Source: Bugula neritina
Taxonomy: Eukaryota > Animalia > Bryozoa
DNA: 64,000 nucleotides
Assembly (NCBI GenBank): GCA_964035545.1
Contig: OZ037771.1
Coordinates: 6,419,190 to 6,483,189 of the forward strand
Direction: 5' to 3'
Shown: piece after piece, positions 14,201-25,915 of the stretch
How the letters are laid out: the number at the start of each line of letters is the position of its first letter
Position numbering within the stretch: the first letter of the stretch is position 1
The notes under the pieces: generated by a model
Databases searched by the model: none
What the model was told of the DNA's origin: nothing
Seen by the model: only the letters and a program-made list of their open reading frames with translations
Made by a program: the position numbers and the translations under genes

Positions 14201-17200
14201 ACTGTTGATGTGCAGCTTTTTATAACCTTGCGTATTCCGAATTACATATAATTTGCTTGTGTTTTCTTGTATATGTATTGTGTTTTGGTGATAGTATAAC
14301 TTCATGATTTTAAGTGTATTTACTAATTGCTTTAATTCACTTAATGTGTGTTTTGGCATGTAGAATGTAGGGTATAGGAGAGTGAATGTAAAGTGTAGAA
14401 TTTAGGAATACGCAAGGAATAATATATTACAATATATAAATAGAAGGTAGAATATATCTTTTAAAAATAGAAGGTAGAATATGCAATATAAAAAGTAGAG
14501 TGTATAATGTATAAATAGCAGGTAGAATATATAATATAGAAATAGAAAGTAGAATATATTATAATGTAGAAATCGAAGGTTGAATATATTATAATATAGA
14601 AATAGAAAGTAGAATATATAATGTAGAAATCGAAGGTTGAATATAGAACATAGTGTATCTTGTAGGTTTTCAATCGACTAGCTCATTAGGTCGAGGAGTA
14701 AAGTTACCCTCTCGCTCTGTAAATGGAAATGAACACTCCACAGCTGACTCCTCCCCACAGAGTGGTAAATCCAGCACCAAGCCAGTTGGTGAAGCCTCAC
14801 ATATATCTGATATTAAAGAAGTTAGTTGTCTCCTCACTCTGCTCTCATGTTCCACATTTAATAGATTATGTATAGTTGGCATTAGACCTGAACTCCAACT
14901 CGAGATCTTTGAATTCTGAATATGTTAATAGTAGTAGAATTTTACCAGAACTGTTAACTCGTGCCTCAGCGTAATGTTGACTTCTAACGTTAGACAAGTA
15001 ATGTAAGATGACAAATGGGAGCAGCCATCTGTAGGGGTTAGAGTGCTAGCTTAGTAAATCAGTAGTCAGTGGTTTGATCCCCAGTAAAGGCCATTGGTGA
15101 TGTTAGGAAAAGCATCCAGTCATAATTGCTCCTGTGTCACTTATGAATAAGTCCTTAGCCCACTTTTAAAAGAACCTTTTCCAGCAGGAGTTCCCACAGG
15201 GATAGTGACTATAAACTTGCATGAGTTTTGTAAGGTGACATCTGCAGTAGACACAGTACAAGTTGCCATGTAATACGGGGTGTCTACTGTTTCACCACTC
15301 AGTGCAGTAGACACAGTACAAGTTGCCATGTAATACGGGGTGTCTACTGTTTCACCACTCAGTGCAGTAGACACAGTACAAGTTGCCATGTAATACGGGG
15401 TGTCATCACTCAGTTGACTGAGCTGCTACGCGCTGTGTTATGTAGATAATAGAATCTCGACTGAAAGTAACTCTGCCTAAGGATGTGATGGGAGAGCTGA
15501 AGGACGGGGTGATACTTTGTCATCTTGCTAACCACATCAAACCTAGGACAGTGTCACAGATACATGTGAAGAGCAGTGCAGTGGTGAGAGATAGTCTCTA
15601 TATAATGTGTATATAGAGTGCCTATATAGAGTGTATATAGTGTCTATATAATGTGTATATTAAGTATATAGTCTGTATATAGTATGTGTATAATGTGTAT
15701 ATAGTGTCTATATAATGTGTATATAGAGTGTCTATATAGAGTGTATATAGTGTCTATATAGAGTGTATAGTATACGTATGTAGTATGTATATAGTCTCTA
15801 TATACTATATAGTCTCTATATACTATATAGTCTCTATATACTATATAGTCTCTATATACTATATAGTCTCTATATACTATATAGTATCATGTATATAGTA
15901 TGTATATAGTATCGTGTATATAGTCTCAGTAGACTACAACATTGCTCCCTCCATTAACTGGCAAACCTTTTGTCCTTCAGTTGAAGAGGTCAACATCTAC
16001 TCAGTGACTGTAGTATATTTTCATTGCAATTTGTCTTCGGATTTAGCCCAAGTTGACGATGGCAAAGTGTAAAAGAAATGTAGAGAATTTCTTGGAAGCC
16101 TGCAGGCGCCTGGGTGTGCCACAGGTGAGTGACACGGCTGTACTAGTCTCCCTCCCTCACATGCTGCCTGCTGAAACTGTTGGAACTTCAGCTAGAATTA
16201 TTTACTTTAAAATGTTGTTAATGCAAGCAGTTCTACTCGAGAGTGTCTTGCCTCTGTAAAGGTTTATTCACACTTGGGTGATTCCGTGATGAAGATGTTA
16301 GTTTCTTGTATGTCGGTATCAGCTGTTAGAAAATGAAACCCTAAACAACAATAGTTATTGTCACAAATATTTTACTGCGTTTGTGTAGTTAATGAGAGCA
16401 GATGAATTCACTTGTTAACTAACTTTCATTGTAAGTTTAAACTTGTAAGAGTTGTTTGATAATTACACATATTTTCTAGACTAGTCAAATCAACCAGATT
16501 CATGTTCTTTTATTTTTCAAATGTCTAAAAAGATGTTAACCTCGCGACTGGTTAACTTAAGACTGATTAACAAAAATCAATTTGTTTTTACTCTATCTCC
16601 CACGTGTGGACTTACCTTACTTCTTTCTATCGTGCTTGTTATATATTTGACCTTCACCTAGTCTCTGCCTTTTGTTTCCTTGAGTCGTGTGTTGTGTTGT
16701 TGCTGAAAATGTCATCATTCTCTGCTGTGACGCAGCTTTCTAGCTGGGTTCAAAGGTCAAGGTCAGCTGACTATAGACTTCATTGACTACACCGTTGTGT
16801 CTCTCCATTCCTACCAACAGCTACTCTGTGTGTGCTCTGCATCTCTGCTCTATGGAGCATCTATCAGTTCGTGTTGTCAGAATAATGCATGTGTAGTTCT
16901 TTCTTTGCCTCTTCCTTCACACACTTTTTAACAACCTTTTCCCATTACATAGCTGTTTGATTCCAGAAACTGCTGCATATACATTACATCTACCATTTTC
17001 TGTTCTGGCCCAGATTTCGCTTGAATTTCAAAGCTTTCCATGTCTACTAATAGTAGATGACTTAGTGGGATGGTACCAGGACAGCCGTTGATTTGCACAA
17101 AAGTCTGAGTGTTTGTAGCATAAACTGTGGTGTTTCTGGCTGTGCTCGTTATTATCTTGTTCTTAAGTTAGTAGTTTCAAAACTTGATTGTGTTTTCTTT

Positions 17201-18452
17201 TTTTTTTGGTTTCCTGTGCCAAAATTTATGTAACAATCTATGGCTCAAGAGAGATAATTGGGCTGGAGTTGTCTACACTTTTTCCTCACTTGTAGCCCTC
17301 AAAGACCTTTGATTTTCAGTCTTACCGTTTGTCACACATTTTCTGTAGGCTGATATATGTACTGCTGATGACATTTTGGACGAAATTCGACCGAGAGTTG
17401 TCGCTACAACTGTAAAAGGGCTCTGTGTAGTGCCGTCTAGTTTGGATGTATTTCTGTCGTACTTCTGTATCTATTTGTTCTTGGCCATATGTGTTTATCT
17501 GTATTTGTTTCAAACCCCTTAATGCAAACCCTTTCCGTTTTCTTAAGATTCTTGAAGGCAATAACACTTGTGCGGCTTTATGTGTTCCAGCAGTATTGCA
17601 TTTTGCATGTAATGCCATTTCATTTCGAAGTTACGTTCTCTCTTTTAGATATAAGATAAATCTTAGTAAAGTCTGCTTGGCTTATCGTCATAGTAACTAT
17701 TTTGTGAGTGTAAATCCCCTACTTCATACTCTCGTAACATCCCCTGATTTTCCTTGTGCCTCCTCTGAAGATGAGACTCACTGTTACTCTAGTTTTTATG
17801 ATATCCAATTCCTAAATGCAATTTTTTGTTTTGTACAATCAGTCATTTCTCAAAAAACAGTCTTCTAGTACTTTCTCACTCTCTCCACACTCTGTAGCCA
17901 TTATGTGTCAACAGCAACTGTACTTTATTACTGTATAAGATGTAGTTACAGCTAGATCTAGGAGTTATCTTCTGCTTGTTAATGTTACATTTACATGAAC
18001 TAGAAAATAGCATATACAGGTTAACAAAAGTGTCATTTACTTGACTAATGTATTGTACTTTACTAGAAGAGGCAACTCAACTAAGTGGTTAGGTTTCCAG
18101 ACAAATAATTGGCCCTCACAGTAATATTGCTGCTGCACAGATTTCTGTTCATCTGCTTATATATCGGCTATGATTTGGCTTTGTACAGGAACAGCTGTGT
18201 AGTCAGGCAGACATTATAGATGAAAAGAGGCCAGCCCCTCTGCTGTGTACACTGCAGGCGCTAGTAGACCTAAAAACAGCCTTAGCTAAAAGTGCAACTT
18301 GTGCTCAAACAGCCCCCAACTCTGTCCATAGTAGACCTAACTCACGGTCTAAATCCAGTCAACCTGGTCCTTCGTCTAGGTCGCTGTCAAACAGAACCAC
18401 CGGCAGCAGTGGTAAACAGCGTTCTCATCCTCCTCTCCATTCTGTAGTCTGA
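2277..18452 (+). CDS. LRCH: Leucine-rich repeat and calponin homology domain-containing protein (LRCH1-4 family); spliced CDS, cytosolic-tail isoform
   Basis: Exons with consistent phases: 2277-2442, 4834-4978, 5438-5567, 5969-6074, 6761-6897, 7190-7320, 7670-7769, 8120-8344, (9147-9164), 9536-9717, 10351-10458, (11179-11265), (11587-11616), 12026-12092, 12637-12777, 13103-13445, 14666-14820, 15446-15583, 16047-16124, 18189-18452. N-terminal LRRs (LDLSSRKLSDFP, LSKNRFSEIPEEVC, LNCYHNAIR, DFSCNKI, LENNPLVSPPA, CTKGRVHILKYL), DSGY motif, C-terminal CH domain (IESRLKVTLP..LKDGVILCHLANHIKPR..KLTMAKCKRNVENFLEACRRLGVPQ), ending HSVV*. Central low-complexity exons are less certain. Confidence 0.92.
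6905..7110. repeat. Degenerate intronic minisatellite (ataactaatatatgtattactacccccagtgt units)
   Basis: About 4-5 imperfect copies starting just after the 6897 donor. Confidence 0.7.
7884..8045. mobile_element. ~160-bp MITE, copy A
   Basis: ~26-bp TIRs (TAAGTGCAGTAATGGAGAAATTGAGA / TCTCAATTTCTCCACTACTGCTCCTA), TA at both ends; second copy at 28823-28984. Confidence 0.75.
8363..8480. repeat. 21-bp minisatellite (tgtgttgaccttgaccgtatg)
   Basis: About 5.5 tandem copies; explains the repetitive ORFs at 8102-8553. Confidence 0.9.
8570..8636 (-). mobile_element. tRNA-derived SINE head remnant
   Basis: Minus strand has A-box-like TAGTCAAGTGG and B-box GGTTCAAACCC at tRNA-like spacing; no full cloverleaf. 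Confidence 0.4.
9147..9164 (+). CDS. LRCH: Candidate 18-nt LRCH microexon (TDLSAQ)
   Basis: Long pyrimidine tract + TAG acceptor, CAG|GTAAAT donor; phase 0-0, matching the flanking exons. Confidence 0.5.
10048..10283. repeat. 20-bp minisatellite (ctgacacatatagacaagta)
   Basis: About 12 tandem copies. Confidence 0.9.
11179..11265 (+). CDS. LRCH: Candidate 87-nt LRCH cassette exon with tandem NAG acceptors
   Basis: TCTTGTAG|CAGCAGCAG acceptor, CA|GTAAGT donor, open frame, phase 2-2 like its neighbours. Confidence 0.45.
11587..11616 (+). CDS. LRCH: 30-nt LRCH small exon (EGVESELKH)
   Basis: TTTTAG acceptor after a T-rich tract, AC|GTAAGT donor, phase 2-2, open frame. Confidence 0.6.
14400..14650. 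repeat. Degenerate purine-rich minisatellite (aaatagaaggtagaatatatt)
   Basis: Imperfect 27-30-bp units just upstream of the 14666 acceptor. Confidence 0.7.
15017..15228 (+). mobile_element. tRNA-derived SINE, older copy
   Basis: Colinear with 40861-41072; degenerate B box GGTTTGATCCC; degenerate 15-bp TSD tgtaagatgacaaat (15002-15016) / tgtaaggtgacatct (15229-15243). Confidence 0.75.
15244..15403. repeat. 60-bp tandem repeat, ~2.7 copies
   Basis: Near-perfect gcagtagacacagtacaagttgccatgtaatacggggtgtc... units directly after the SINE. Confidence 0.9.
15590..15925. repeat. Low-complexity TATA/GT-rich minisatellite (includes an 18-bp tatatagtctctatatac unit)
   Basis: Visible tandem units in the intron splitting the CH domain. 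Confidence 0.8.
17349..17522 (+). CDS. LRCH: Alternative LRCH terminal exon encoding the CH-domain end plus a C-terminal transmembrane anchor
   Basis: TTCTGTAG acceptor, phase 0; reads ADICTADDILDEIRPRVVATTVKGLCVVPSSLDVFLSYFCIYLFLAICVYLYLFQTP*. Parallels EQLCSQADIIDEKRP of exon 18189 and ends in a ~21-aa hydrophobic segment. Confidence 0.85.
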   Translation, partial: ADICTADDILDEIRPRVVATTVKGLCVVPSSLDVFLSYFCIYLFLAICVYLYLFQTP

Positions 18453-19072
18453 TCTTCAATTTTGTCACATCTTCATATTACTCATAAGGAAATATATATG
18501 TTATAATGAATTGTTTTTATTAACATGAGATCTGCCTGTAATTCTCATTTATTTAAGACCTTCTCATTTCTCATCTTTGTTATTTATTTATTTTTGCAGC
18601 AGCTTTTTCTATATTTTCTTGGCTGTTAATTAAACCGCAGTACCTTCACTACATACTATTACTTGTTGCTATGGTTTATTACTTTGAACTGTAAGTACAG
18701 CATTTGCAGCACCTGTTAGCAACATTTTATTTATGCATGTGTAGGGCATCCCTGTCTATAATCTAAAGCTATGTAGGCAGTATTTGACTAAGTTGTGCTT
18801 ACAGCTCTAGATTTTTAGTACAGTGCATTTCTAGTCAATTTTGTTGTCACTGTTCATTTCACTTGCTTTTAGTACTCAATTTTTGCTACTGTTGAAATTA
18901 GTTTCTTAATATTTAGCTCTACATTTTTTTTCAAAATCTATGAAATTAAGTTTATGAAGAAGGCTACACACTAATGCAAAGTTTATTGTGATTTTTTTCT
19001 AAAGAATTTTCATGGAAATATGACTTTACAGCTTCTAAATCATTGGTGCTTTATTTTATTTAATATTTTTTT

Positions 19073-19078
19073 AATAAA
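19073..19078 (+). promoter_or_regulatory. Candidate LRCH polyadenylation signal AATAAA
   Basis: AATAAA ~620 nt after the stop codon in a U-rich 3' UTR. Confidence 0.4.
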
Positions 19079-19839
19079 CTCTGAATTGTTGCTTTTACCA
19101 ACTATATGTAATTTTCATAAATGTTTAAAGCATAAAAATTACAGGTAAAAGTGTGTTACACACCAGCAGCATTGTATATATAAAGCGTTATAAATACAAA
19201 CATAATATTATGTCATGAATGCTGGTACAGCATTATATGTACCGGACATAATATATGGTAATCTTTGATTATTTACTATAATACAATTGAAAATGCACCC
19301 TGGCTAAAGAGACCGTGATAACCACTATATAAAGTAACATTTAGCTCACTTGAGATATCTAACTAAACACAAGCACCAGACTATCACAGTATGCACCAGG
19401 CCATAAAGCAGAAAACTGCTCATCATGATTATTTATAGTTTATCTTTATAGAATTACTGTCAGGTGGGTACAACTGCACTAGAGTTGCTATAAATAATGC
19501 CTTGTAGTCACTGAAGGTTCGAGAGTACTGAGCACTAGTTGTTATTGATTATTAATTATAAGAAGTCTGAAACATTGTGATAATCCTGTTAGAATAACTT
19601 GTTGCAGCTTGGAAAGTAAAGCCAATGTTGGTGAAAAAAACCAAATCACCCTGATCTAAATTGATATGTTTATTATATCTATATACAGCTCTTACTGCAA
19701 TTCCTCATGTGCATGTAATTGTCTTTAAACGTTAAAACCAGAAATCATATACTAAATGAGCATACACTGTATATATGCATGCTTGAAAAGTTTGAATCTA
19801 CAATTAGGAAAAATAAAGTAGCCCTAGTATATTCTAGGG

Positions 19840-21216
19840 CAGTGGTTACCAACCTTTTTCATACCATTCCCCCCTTTCATGAACGATTACTATTATTTTC
19901 CCCTCTTTAGAAAATTGCAATTTATGTGCACTTTAAAAAGATTGACATAATATAATATGATACATACCTTTGTGCCAGCTTGCTAAAGTCTGGCTCTGTT
20001 TATGACAGGGCAGGACTTAAGTCACTCTGTGGTCAAAACAGTTTCTTTTCTCACTTTTAATGGCTAGCATCTAAAAAAATCATACCGCACACAGATAGGT
20101 GGTGCTGAATGACATCAACATTTTTTGTGCTTTGTCAGTTATGCATGGATATATTTTGCTTGTTGGTAAACATGGTAAAGATTTCATTGCAGAATTTTTA
20201 ATTATTTTAATGAAATCCTCGTGTAACTCATCTGGAATCTCTTCAACAGGGCGTTGGAATGGGTCATGTTAGAATAGGGTCACTGTTCAGTTAAAAATAT
20301 TTTCCTTTACTAAAGGTAGCTCAGGGAGATACTGTTCAAACTCTATCCAGAGAGATACTCAAAATGGTTTCTTTGCGTAAGATTCTGGAACATGTTCTTT
20401 TTCTAATGATTAGTTGAGTGTCAGGGGGAAAAACACAATATTTTTAATATGAATGTAAACTTCAGTTTAGCATTGAAAGCATCATGGTTGCTGCTATGAA
20501 AAGCAATGATGTGACTGTTCTGCTCACGTACGTTTAGAATCAAATTATCTAGTGCAGGAAACATGGTACTAGGTTTGGAGCAAATAGTTCATTGAGATCA
20601 GCTACATAGCTGCTAAAAGTTCCAGTTGGTTTTCTTTCAAGAAACTTTTGAAACTCATTCACAGTAGTACAGGTAGCAGTTAGGGTTAATAGACATCTGT
20701 ACAATATTAAGAGACATTGTAAAATATTGTATGGATGATGATGATAGATGAACTAAGATGAAGGTGTTATAAATGGAGATATACATTTGAAGTAGATTTT
20801 GGGAATTGTCTTTATTTTTCCCAGAGTAGAATTAGTCTACTGCTGGAGCTCAAAAATACTACTACTACTGCTACTGCTGCAGCTGCTGCTGCTGCTGCTG
20901 CTACTGCTGCTACTGCTGCTGCTACTGCTACTGCTACTACTACTGCTATCAAGACTGCCGTACTTTAGAAATGGACCTATAAAATTACTACACCTGGACA
21001 TTCATTGCCTTCTCTTTCTCTTGCAACACAAAAAGCTTATTTTCACTAGCTAGGTTCTAACAATAACCCACAAAATTATCACACATGTAACTTGGAAGGC
21101 AAGGCAAGAACTCAAAATCATTAACTAACTGCTCAAAATTTTTAGAAATGAAATTACCCCCTAAAGAGTCAAAATTCCTCCCCAGGAGGGTATCCCTCCC
21201 AGGTTGAGAACTAGTG
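19840..21216 (-). mobile_element. Decayed internally deleted hAT (Buster/Charlie-like) DNA transposon
   Basis: Ends CAGTGGTTACCAACC... / ...GGTTGAGAACTAGTG; 8-bp TSD ttctaggg (19832-19839) / ttttaggg (21217-21224) with central TA; minus-strand transposase remnants (LMSFSTTYLC-like hAT dimerisation motif near 20080-20120; AFNAKLKF near 20460-20480). Confidence 0.75.
20857..20948. repeat. (CTA/CTG)n trinucleotide repeat inside the hAT element
   Basis: About 30 triplets seen directly. Confidence 0.95.
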
Positions 21217-23175
21217 TTTTAGGGCTATGAGAATGAACCAAGGTCAGATTTAGCAACATTAAAAAAGCAAATTGCCTGAGACTTGCAAAACTAATTAAAG
21301 CTAAATTACTATATTCACTGGCCGATAAACTAACTGACTGTATATTTTCATTCAACTATTTGAAGGTAATTTTCAAAGTCCAAGAAAGTAGGTACATGTA
21401 TACAGACTCGGCCTGCAGCTATGGATCAGTTAATATATTTAATTCATGCACCCCTATGACAATTGCATTACCTGCTTTAAAAAAATTGGTCATGCGTTTA
21501 ATATATCAAGTTTAAAAATATAAAAGCATATATAATGCTACTTTATAAACAATCAAAGAATATTAATAAGCTTAATAATTTGTTTATTAGTTGATGGAAT
21601 CCGGCAACTATTTTAGCCAAAGTCCACTTATAAAGAAGTCAAAAGAAGAAAATAATGTTACTCTCACTTAAATTGCAAATTAAAAAGCCACTAATTATTA
21701 GGACTCTGTCTTTGTATATAATTAATTACTTATTTTGCTTACATTGTTTTTTACAATAAATATGTTTTTATTGTGAAAATTGACAAACATTAATGTAAAA
21801 CAAGATTGATATTTTGTTGATGTTTTGTTGATATTAGTGCAGTACTGGTTTTTAAGACACTAGCTCTCCAAATCATAAAAAAAATAAAAACATCAAATGA
21901 CTTTAAATCACAAAGGTCTGATCATCTTTAAATCTGAATGTTACAGACCTAGTAACGACTGCACATATAATTTACACTGTATAGTGTATACCATCATACA
22001 ACTGCATGGTTTATTATAAAATCTATAAGTTTTAATTATCAGACACAGCTAAAAGTACGAATTTGACAATATATATTTTTCAGGTGTTGCTTTTGCTTGC
22101 AAGTAATGTAGAGCAAGTTATTAGAATTGGTCTGGTAAAGTAGTCACTTTGCAGACAGGAACATGTGAAGCATGCATACTTCTCTCATGGGTGCCTAGAA
22201 ACTTCCAGATCCTAATGATTTAGCAAAAATATTTGAAACCCTTTGCTCTAGAGACTAATTCAGAAGGCATACTTTAATCTATACTTGTAAATTGTGAAAA
22301 CTAATACTCTTACATAAGATGTTAGCTACATGTGAGGTGGTGAGTCGTATCAGTCTAAAATGTAAGAGTAAGTGTCGAATATAATATATTGTATTGTTTA
22401 AATAGAAAGTGAAATTGTATTTTTACATTTTAATTAGTAAACATGGTTTGTAAAGAGTAGAAATTTTTGTAAAAAATGCTATGTTTAGTGAGTTAATATA
22501 ATTTCTATTCTTATTCTAGACTTTTGGTGTGATTATATTATAGAGAAAGCAGGAATCTGTGTTTGTGTGCCAAATAGATTCAGGGCTTAGAAAGAGTTAG
22601 ATTTGTGGAGACTATCCGATTCATTTCCTGGAAACCACCTTGCATGGTAGAAGGTATTGGAACTTCAGGTAAAAAGTTGAAAGATTGTAATTGGAATGCA
22701 ATTTATTGGTGCAGCAAAATATTAGTGTTGACCGTTTAATTCTTAACAAGACTCCCATACCATTTCCTATGACATGTTTACTGTATTAGATGTTTATGAA
22801 ATTAGCTTTAAGTAGCTTAAATTAAAGCAAAACAATATACAATTATATGTAAAAAGTCTCACCTAGTCCTCTGAGACAAGCTCTTTTCGTAATATTTTAA
22901 CTATAAATTACCTATAATGATATTAAGTGGACAATTATAATATTAAGATGGGAGAAAATTGGCCTATATAAGAAGGTTGCTTGATTGATCAAACTGTGTT
23001 GTTTAGACAATATAACTTTGTAAGTGTTTCTAATACCAGAGTTCAAACAGTAAACTAGTTGACTGATATTAACATTCTTTAGACCAGGTAGATTGCATCA
23101 CTTTACAAAGTGTAGAAATAAATATTTTTTCTTGAGGACTATTACACACCCACGCACTCACGCACCCACACATTA

Positions 23176-23191
23176 TATATATACACATTAC

Positions 23192-23273
<82 letters not shown>
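23176..23273. repeat. (TA)n microsatellite
   Basis: Seen directly. Confidence 0.95.
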
Positions 23274-23276
<3 letters not shown>

Positions 23277-24699
23277 AATGCTGTAGTTGAGTTGCGCAAA
23301 AAATGCTTAGCGTGTATCAGGTGTGAATTGCATAGAAAAGGTGATGTTTTTGAATGTTATCTTTTTATATATATATGCTTGATCATTACTAATCTAGTAA
23401 TTCCCTAAGCATTTCCCTAAGCATATTAAAATATTCTTATAATATTAAAACACTAAAAGATAATTACTAAATAAGTTTACAGATGAGTAGCATTGCCATA
23501 TTCACCTAAATTTAAAACAGGTTTCAAGTTTTAGCCATAACAATATTGTTTGGCTATAAATTCAAAGAGATCCAATGACAAGAGCAACTAGGCTGCATTT
23601 TTTTTTAATACGTATATTATAACTGTAGAGTTTCAAGTAAAAGCTAATTTGACTTTTCAATTAAACAGAGTTGAGAGCATCACCCCAGGAGTTGTACTAA
23701 ATGCACAACCTAATACCTGTTACACACATAAGGAAATTTATGTATTTTTGTAATTGAAACATTGCCAGTTCAAGAGTCATACAGCTTAATTGATATATAA
23801 CTTTGACAGTTTGGCTTCCCATTAAATTTAAAACTGCAAATTTGCTTTACATTGCAGCATCTTTTGAACTGTTAAACTTGACTAATCTAAAGTAGAAATT
23901 TTTTGGTACTAGAAAACTAGTTCATCGTTAAATTTTTAGCAAAACTCAAACTGCATGGCCATAAGTTATAAACAATAACTTTAAGTTATTATACCAATAG
24001 GCAATAACTAATAAAAATATCTATTGTAATGGTGTCTAAAATTAACAAATTTTGCAAGCAAATAATTAATGTGTACACGAGGTACTAGAAAAAATAACGT
24101 TGGGCTCGATCATTTTTTTTTATCACTAATTATTACATCTTCACCTACCTCGACTGCTAGAAAATACTGTTGGGGTGCAGTGCGTCCAGCGTAGGATGGC
24201 AGGGAGTTGCTCTTTCGTCACGGTGACACAGGGCGCGCGTGTTGCTCACACGCGCATTTGCATTTGCACTGACCCGAAAAATGTATTATATATAGGTCAG
24301 GCTAGAGCGCTAATCAACTTTTAAGGTTTTAGCATTCGTAAGTTTATTTTGCACTTGCTGTTTTAAATTAATGTTTTTAACATTTTGATTAAAATACTAC
24401 ATTGCTATATTCAACACTCAATTGAAATGAAGAAAACTCAATCGTAAGTCAGAAGGCATTAGAGGCTATAGTTTTGTAGGTTAGTCAAGCGAACCGCTTG
24501 CGCTTTTTGTTGCATAACCAAACATATCCCGAAGTAACGCTCTTTTGTTAGTAGATGAGGCACTTTATGATTGTCTAACGCGCTCTCTTACAATTATGCT
24601 ATCATGGAGATAAGAACTTAGGCTTTTTGATAGCGCGTGTTGAAAATGTCATCTCGCATATATAACAATCATTAGCGTAGTAGGCTTCCTGTAGTAAGT

Positions 24700-24881
24700 A
24701 GAATTCAATCCCAAGACCAGGTATTTGTGGCTTATGTAACGATCGCGAAGTCGAACTCAAAGCTAGGGCAAGGACGATGAATTTGTTATAAAACCAGTTT
24801 TATTGAAACGCGAAACACTATAACTATAAGTTATACACACACTTGTGATTTAATGTTATTGCTTATTCTTCTGGAGTTGAG
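24700..24881 (+). promoter_or_regulatory. Putative LONRF non-coding first exon / promoter-proximal region
   Basis: CpG-richer stretch 24170-24880 ending in GAG|GTAACG; the coding exon at 27189 has an upstream TTTATAG acceptor 7 nt before the ATG, so a 5' UTR exon is required. The start coordinate is approximate. Confidence 0.4.
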
Positions 24882-25497
24882 GTAACGTAAATTAAAGGTT
24901 GGCCATGGTTATACTTATTGACATTGTAAATGTTATTGTTAAACTTGAACAGTTGAACTTGAACTCAGTGGAACCTATAACTGTATAAGTATAAGTATAA
25001 CTATCACTATGAGTATGAGTATGAATATGATTAAGTTAAACTTAAAGTTAATCATAATCATAATGATAATGTCTCTAAGTATAAGTATATTCGTACTGTA
25101 ACTGTAAGACTAAGACTAAGTGTGTATTAATTTTAAATATTACTGATTAATATTATTTATAATTATACTTATACAGTATAACTTATAGTTTTAGTTTAAG
25201 TTATACCACTAGTATAAGTTAGTATAAGTATTACTATTAGTATTAGATTTAGTATTACCAATACCATTGGCATTAGTCTTAGAAATACTAATAGTAATAG
25301 TATACTAAGTCTAATAGTAATAGTATTATGAGTAATAGTGAATGTTATACTCACTCTCAGCCTTATAGTTAAAGTTATAGTGAAACTACATTTAATAATA
25401 TTATTATTATTTTATTAATAATATATCACTCATCTGTATCTCACTATGACTATCTGTCTTGAGTCTCTAAGTCTAGACCCCCCCCCCCCCCCCCCCC

Positions 25498-25915
25498 AGA
25501 GGGAAGAGGAGACCTTCACGGAGGAGTGTTATGAAAGCATGAGTTCAGCGATTCTAAGGTCTCTGATTGTCCTGGGAAGGAAACTATTAAAGTATATCAC
25601 AATATGTTAGAATTTGTTGATAATGAACGAGGAATATGTCTGGACATGTTTTGTGTTAGGATAGATGGACAGTTAGTTAGTTCTTGAAAGGTAATAATAA
25701 TTTCAGGACAGACATCTTCATTAGCTAGGAATTAAAGTAGTCACTTTATACGGCTTGATTTTCCACGTGACTCCAAAGTTTTCTATATTGAACCGTTCTT
25801 GAGCCATGGCCATACTTTGAATTCTTTTTAAACTCGATATAATCCGCAGTACCTTGTTCTAGACTAGTTCTAGTTTGTATATATCTTTCAAATAATGGGG
25901 GTTCCATACTTCACT
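25498..25915 (-). mobile_element. 5'-truncated LINE (CR1/L2-group) 3' fragment
   Basis: Minus-strand translation gives EVWNPHYLKDIYKLELV*NKVLRI and YFNSFLPRTIRDL, resembling the post-RT C-terminal region of CR1/L2-type ORF2; contains stops. Confidence 0.65.

Noticed and set aside
16784-16786. In-frame UGA as selenocysteine
   Set aside because: No SECIS identified by eye, and LRCH proteins are not known selenoproteins.
17446-17868. 140-aa ORF as a separate gene
   Set aside because: Off-frame overlap with the LRCH TM exon and its 3' UTR; no recognisable domain.
22084-22668. Exon-like segments with AG/GT borders between LRCH and LONRF
   Set aside because: Stops in the plausible frames and no recognisable homology; may be a lncRNA or decayed element but cannot be supported.
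20799-23299. Poly-Leu and IY-repeat ORFs
   Set aside because: Triplet and dinucleotide microsatellites.
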